In this document: positions 32,667 through 37,269 of the stretch, piece by piece
Numbering within the stretch: the first letter of the stretch is position 1
Layout: each line of letters opens with the position of its first letter
NCBI RefSeq assembly: GCF_000760515.2
Contig: NW_013546356.1
Coordinates: 1-37,269 of the forward strand
Length of the DNA stretch: 37,269 nt
Reading direction: 5' to 3'
From: Mitosporidium daphniae
Lineage: Eukaryota
Program-made: the position numbers and the translations under genes
Notes under the pieces: generated by a model
What the model saw: only the letters and a program-made list of their open reading frames with translations
Database searches by the model: none
Told to the model about the DNA's origin: nothing

Positions 32667-33326
32667 TTAATTCATTGGTGCTTTTGAGACGACATTCTGT
32701 TTGTATACCGAGGCCATGGCAAGCGAGCACGAGGCAAGTACATCGGTGCCGTATACGAGAAAGAGACTCATCTTGTTTTCAATGGTAGGATTGAACATGA
32801 CCTCACATAAGATCGGCAGTGTTTTTATAAGAACAACTAGGCCGTAGGATATGAATCCCCTTTTCTTCTGTTGGATAGAGAGCCTTCCAGGATGCTTAAA
32901 AAAGTACAGATATGTCTTGAGAGTTGGAACTTGGATGCAAATCTCAACCAACAATGGCGCATACATCCATCCAGGCTGAACTTTGCAGACAAATGGATCC
33001 AGGGTGAGCGTGCAGTAAGATTTGTATACGGAAAGGAAGGGCATGAGAACAGAATTGGAAAAAATCGAACTTGGCTGTCTACGAAAAAAGACAGAGAATA
33101 TTGCTGGGATCAGGACAAGGAAATAGGAACATAAAAGCGAAATGGAGGCAAATGTCGCGGCAATACCGTCGAAAGTCACATAGTCGCTAAAGAGGGTATA
33201 AATAGAGCCGGATGATCGATTTAGTTTTGGATCCTCCGATGTTACGTTGAAATCGGCAAATTTCCGTGTCTTGGCTTCACGCGCACATGGCGATCTCGAG
33301 GACAGTTGTCGCTCCGTATCTGACAT
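32667..33326 (-). CDS. EXPERA-domain membrane protein, TMEM97/Ema19-like
   Basis: Y...LDPF...PGW...VEICIQVP...YG....TLPIL pattern across about 4 TM helices. Confidence 0.6.
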   Translation of the reverse strand: MSDTERQLSSRSPCAREAKTRKFADFNVTSEDPKLNRSSGSIYTLFSDYVTFDGIAATFASISLLCSYFLVLIPAIFSVFFRRQPSSIFSNSVLMPFLSVYKSYCTLTLDPFVCKVQPGWMYAPLLVEICIQVPTLKTYLYFFKHPGRLSIQQKKRGFISYGLVVLIKTLPILCEVMFNPTIENKMSLFLVYGTDVLASCSLAMASVYKQNVVSKAPMN

Positions 33327-33431
33327 GTCTGGGTGGAGAGAAAACGACAGTCCCAAATAGACATGGTCTTTAGAACAAAGTTTCGCGCTATCAAACCTAA
33401 TTTAAATTGAAGCAAGTTTAGCCCACACGGC

Positions 33432-33689
33432 ATGGGTGGCAGGGGAGCTGGTCGTCCTTCCCTAATTTGCTCGAATTGCAAAGAGGACAATGTTTTCGTT
33501 AAAAAATGCCACAAAAAGTCCAGTTGCACCTGCCTAAAAGAACCAAGCCTTTTGGTCAAATATTTGAGCCACAAGCAACGAGATGGAGTTCGTCTCCGCT
33601 CCTACGAGCAATCCAAGTGTCTATGCACCTACGCATTGAAATGCATTTGTTCGGACCATTGTATGAATTCAAATTTATTAGAGGATTAA
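33432..33689 (+). CDS. Small Cys-rich orphan protein (85 aa, 10 Cys)
   Basis: AT-rich + CCC signature before the ATG; CxxC and three CxC motifs; stop overlaps the PMP3 stop. Confidence 0.45.
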   Translation: MGGRGAGRPSLICSNCKEDNVFVKKCHKKSSCTCLKEPSLLVKYLSHKQRDGVRLRSYEQSKCLCTYALKCICSDHCMNSNLLED

Positions 33690-33918
33690 CTGTTGTCAGC
33701 ATTATCTTCTGGCTTTTTCTTCTCTTGAAAAATGATGTAGAAGGCATGGATCATACCTAAAGTTAGCACATTCTCCATGTCTTACCAGGAATCCAGCCAA
33801 GAAGCGTTAAACAAATATTGATTAAAAAGTCGACCCAAAGGCCTTTCTCTAAAAGTACAGCTATCGGTGGGATGAAAATCGCTAAAACAATGACCAGAAC
33901 GTCATAACCACTTGCCAT
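33686..33918 (-). CDS. PMP3: Plasma-membrane proteolipid Pmp3 family protein
   Basis: Not in the ORF track. MASGYDVLVIVLAIFIPPIAVLLEKGLWVDFLINICLTLLGWIPGMIHAFYII; 29-nt intron 33757-33785 with GCTAAC branch site. Confidence 0.92.
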
Positions 33919-34451
33919 TGTACGATAACTTCAAATACTTGTAATAAATCTATGCTTTATAACCATTTAATTTGTGTTGGGCATGAGTATCATGTATGTC
34001 TATTCATTGTTGATTGTAGTCTGATATCCTGGTCACGCTGCATCAATAACAACAGATAAAATGCTGATGGGGAAAGCCAATGATGGCCGGAAATTGGTGT
34101 GGTTTATTTTAATGCGAGTGTCTGGGGGGGGGTCCCTTGCCCCGGAAGCCATAAACTAGTGAAAAAATAAGCTTTCCCAAAGGCTCTGGTTAATTTAAAG
34201 GACGGCATTGCGACCGAGTCCGTTTCACAAGCTCCACGGGCGCAGAGACAATTGGGCCTGCAAGCCCAAATTAGCATAAATATGAAGACAATGGCGTAGC
34301 TTGCACAAAAATAACGTACACCTCATACTTGCCATCGCCAAACCCCAATGTTGGCTCACCACTCACGCATAATTTGTTTAAATATTTCCACTTCAGCACT
34401 AATTGACAGCTTCATGCAAGTTGAATTTGGCTGAATATGAAAGTAAAATTT

Positions 34452-35372
34452 ATGAATTTATTTTATGTTTCTTCCAATCGACTTTTATTTGTTCGACAAG
34501 GGAAATTCTTCCATTATTCACGACAATCATCCACTTGAGGAGCAAAAGGATACCCGCTTGGCATCGGTGATTTTCATGAGGAGGCTTGGCGATTTGCTTG
34601 GATTGTAAATTTATTTTTCTTAGAATTAGACCGTTTTATACCATTCTCAGCGCAAGCTATTTTTTCCACTATTTCTTCATGTTCTATTCAATGAAAAAAT
34701 ACTCATACATAGTAGCGGTGTACTTTTTTCATTTCTAGGATGTTGCAATCACTTGCATACTGGTCGCGTCAAAATCCGAGGAAACGTATAGAAAAATCAA
34801 GCAGATTTTAACCAGTTCTTGCCTTCTTTTAAACCCGTCTTTTAAGGGTATTGGATCCAACTCTGGGGTATCACCGTTTATGTGTTTATTGTAGGAATTT
34901 GATTACCATAGGGACTTGGTTGCTTCCTATGAGCGTCTACTATTGGATGTGATCAAATTTAACTTTACCTGCCATCATCCCCACGAATATGCTTTAAAGT
35001 TCTCCAAAATTCTATGTATAGGTAATGATCTGATTTCTCATCGTTTGGATAGAAGCCTCCAGGGCTGATTTGGTGGAAACATGGGACATTTTGCAATTGG
35101 TTTATTGTACCGAATTTTGCCTTCAATATCCAATTGTCCATTTCGCTCTTTTTGCTCTATTTTTTGCTGTTAAATGCAAATGTATCGAAGGCACTATAGA
35201 TCTAGTGGGCCTTGCAGAAAGGGAGTACACAAAGGTGATGGAGTCAAATTCGAAATGGAAATCCGAGTTTGTAAAATGGGAAGCTTCGATGGATTTCTTG
35301 AAAATATTCGCTGCATATATCCAGGAAATGAGGATAACGTCAAGGAAAGTAATGAACGTAAATAATAACTAA
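34452..35372 (+). CDS. Transcriptional cyclin (cyclin K/T, Ctk2/Pch1-like)
   Basis: Introns 34467-34500 (tentative), 34605-34629, 34712-34738, 34868-34894 and 35022-35052. These give FMRRLGDLLGLP..TI..A..FFH.FF, TCILVASKSEETYRKI and YERLLLDVIKFNF..HHPH. Confidence 0.82.
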
Positions 35373-37269
35373 ACCATCTGGTCAATAGACTTGAAAAACT
35401 ATTGTAGTTATCATGAGATAAAAATCACCTACCTGAACGCAGCCTTTGTAGGCGTCCCCGAAATTCTTACACACTCTCAAAGAGGGTAGTATCCATTTTG
35501 GGAGCTTTTTAACAATATTTTCCTGCGAATATCTACAATCCAACAATACAATGGTTGCATAATCGTTCATATTCCTTATGACCCTTCCTAGGAGCTATAG
35601 AATCAACATATCAATACCAATGGCCTGGTTTACACTTCTCATGCAGGCATTTTCGAGAAACGTAGACGATGATATTTTGCAATTCTACACGAAAATTCAT
35701 CAAGCAATCCTTACAGGAGTGGAGGATAAAAATTTGATCATTTCAGAAATTTCGGGCGAGCTCTGGTTTGGAAATGGAAGTCCAACGACAATCACAGCGC
35801 GTCCATAGTGATTGGAAAAATTAATTCCCTCAGATACCTTTCCATTGATTACGGCAAACAAAATCGCTCCCTTGGGACGAGAATTGTCGCAGGTGGTCAT
35901 AAATGCACTTAAGATCGGAGAAAGTTCCACAGATACATTTGTTTCCCAAAAGACTTTCTTGTTACTTGAAAGTTTTTCAAGCAAGAGGTTTTGCTCGCAA
36001 ATTGATTTAAAGTTGTTTAGGCTCCAATAGGAGGGAAAAAAGACCACCATTCCATCAGGTACAATTCGTGAGAAATTTAAAATAGACTGATAGGCCTCCA
36101 GAAGCTACGCAGTTAAAATGCATTCACTTGCCATTTCATGGTCCTCCTTGTATTCATATATGAATTTTAAAGTCTTTGAACTTGGGCCGTGCGATAATTG
36201 AAGAGTAAGCAGCTGTTTAGAGGCATCAATGACATGATTGCACGAAAAGTGAACAAATTTAGACTCTGGATAGCGATAATTGAACAGCTGGAACTTGATA
36301 TCTTCAATCTAACCCTAATAAAACACTGCAAAAGTACAGGAGAAAGTGTGCCACCAGCTAAAACCAAAGAATGGCACTCTTCCACAAGCTCGACAAAATA
36401 TTCGGAAACATGGAGCAGCAAATACTTGATACAAACCATATCATCTAAGAGGATGAGGGATGCGCTGCTCACAAATACCTTCAAAATACAGCATGAGCTT
36501 TCCATTCGAATCGTCATTGGTGAGCGAAGATAGAAAGGTAAAAATTGACGTCAACCGATATTTCCTTTTATTGTCGAGATTGCCATAACTTTGTATTTTC
36601 TTATCAAGACCGAAAATTTCAATAAAACGCTGCAATTCGTAAACATTAACGCCCTCCAAATTCGAAAGATGGAAAAATTCGGAAACGGAAATTATTTTTG
36701 TCTTCGGGGACTGAAATTGGTTACAAAAGACATTCAATCGTTCAAGAACAACAATGATCGTCTGAATGTTAACCTGATTTGAGCCTTTGAATCTTAGCTT
36801 AAACTTTTCGAAATAAATTGCAGTTTGCGATGAAAGAGAAGTAATCTAAAGAGATTTTGAAGAAAAAGCTACCTGGATCAATGATATGGACTGGTTAAAG
36901 ATGCCTTTAACGCAATCAACAATGTTATGGGCCTCGTCAAAAATAAGTATACTGTCCTTTAGGTTTAATGACAAAGATTTCCTAACAGAGGGCTGGATAA
37001 TGAAATTGTATGGGACAGCAATAAACTAACGATTATTCGAGAAACCTTACTTCAATGGTGGGCAAAAGAGAATGAGATGCATAATATGGGCATAAATGAA
37101 GCTTTTCTCCTTCCTCGTAAAGAGATTCGATGTCAATAATGGATTGTTTCTGATAAGGTCAAAGACAATGTTTACCTTGTGTAGGAGAGTCGAAAACTGC
37201 GCTGCAATAGCGTCAACAGACAGCTCTTGCGTATAATACGGGCATTTTCTTTCGCCCACCATTAAAGTA
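35369..37269 (-). CDS. CHL1: Chl1/DDX11 Fe-S DNA helicase, 5'-truncated by the window edge
   Basis: DIESL...CPYYAS, IFDEAHN, LAGGTLSP, CNHVI, PDGMVVFFPSY, GKVSEGINFS, VGLPFPN and NQAIGRVIRNMNDYA; about 9 mini-introns, including GC-AG at 36105-36131. Confidence 0.9.

Noticed and set aside
34064..34095. Hammerhead- or RNase MRP-like CTGATGGGGAAAGCC
   Set aside because: The core deviates from CUGANGA, the required stems are missing, and there is no partner strand for a P4 helix.
34325..34377. U1 snRNA-like ATACTTGCC and ATAATTTGT (Sm-like) motifs
   Set aside because: Only about 35 nt apart, a mismatch in the 5' splice-site pairing region, and no stem-loops I-III.
3198..37269. Frame breaks read as pseudogenes, programmed frameshifts or stop-codon reassignment
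   Set aside because: Each break in a recognisable gene is resolved by a 23-34 nt GT-AG or GC-AG intron that restores conserved motifs. Long intronless ORFs end at standard stops.
1..37269. Transposons, CRISPR arrays, selenoprotein (UGA/SECIS) genes
   Set aside because: No transposase or RT motifs, terminal repeats or spaced direct repeats. No conserved-position in-frame TGA; Grx5 has a normal Cys codon.

Overview
Extremely gene-dense eukaryotic (fungal-related) genomic DNA: about 27 protein-coding genes plus an intron-containing tRNA-Ile(UAU) in 37 kb. Intergenic gaps are often only 3-100 nt, and I could place about 50 spliceosomal mini-introns of 23-34 nt by hand. These introns explain most of the fragmentation in the ORF track. 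Several starts carry an AT-rich plus CCC/GGG signature like that of microsporidia, yet the window keeps genes for a genome-bearing mitochondrion (Img2/mL49, TFB1M-like, Qri7) and ERMES (Mmm1, Mdm34), plus VMP1. This suggests a Rozellomycota / early-branching microsporidian such as Mitosporidium (inference). The most unusual segment is a gene-poor stretch at about 15.1-15.6 kb with a CTAACCCT telomere-template-like motif and nested helices, a candidate telomerase RNA. Other points of interest are two GC-AG mini-introns, a 17-bp divergent promoter, a Pol I/III subunit gene 22 nt behind a tRNA, a 90-nt 5'UTR intron in RPL6, an orphan spliced micro-ORF and a Cys-rich orphan gene. No mobile elements or CRISPR arrays were seen. 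Gene identities come from motif recognition, not database searches.
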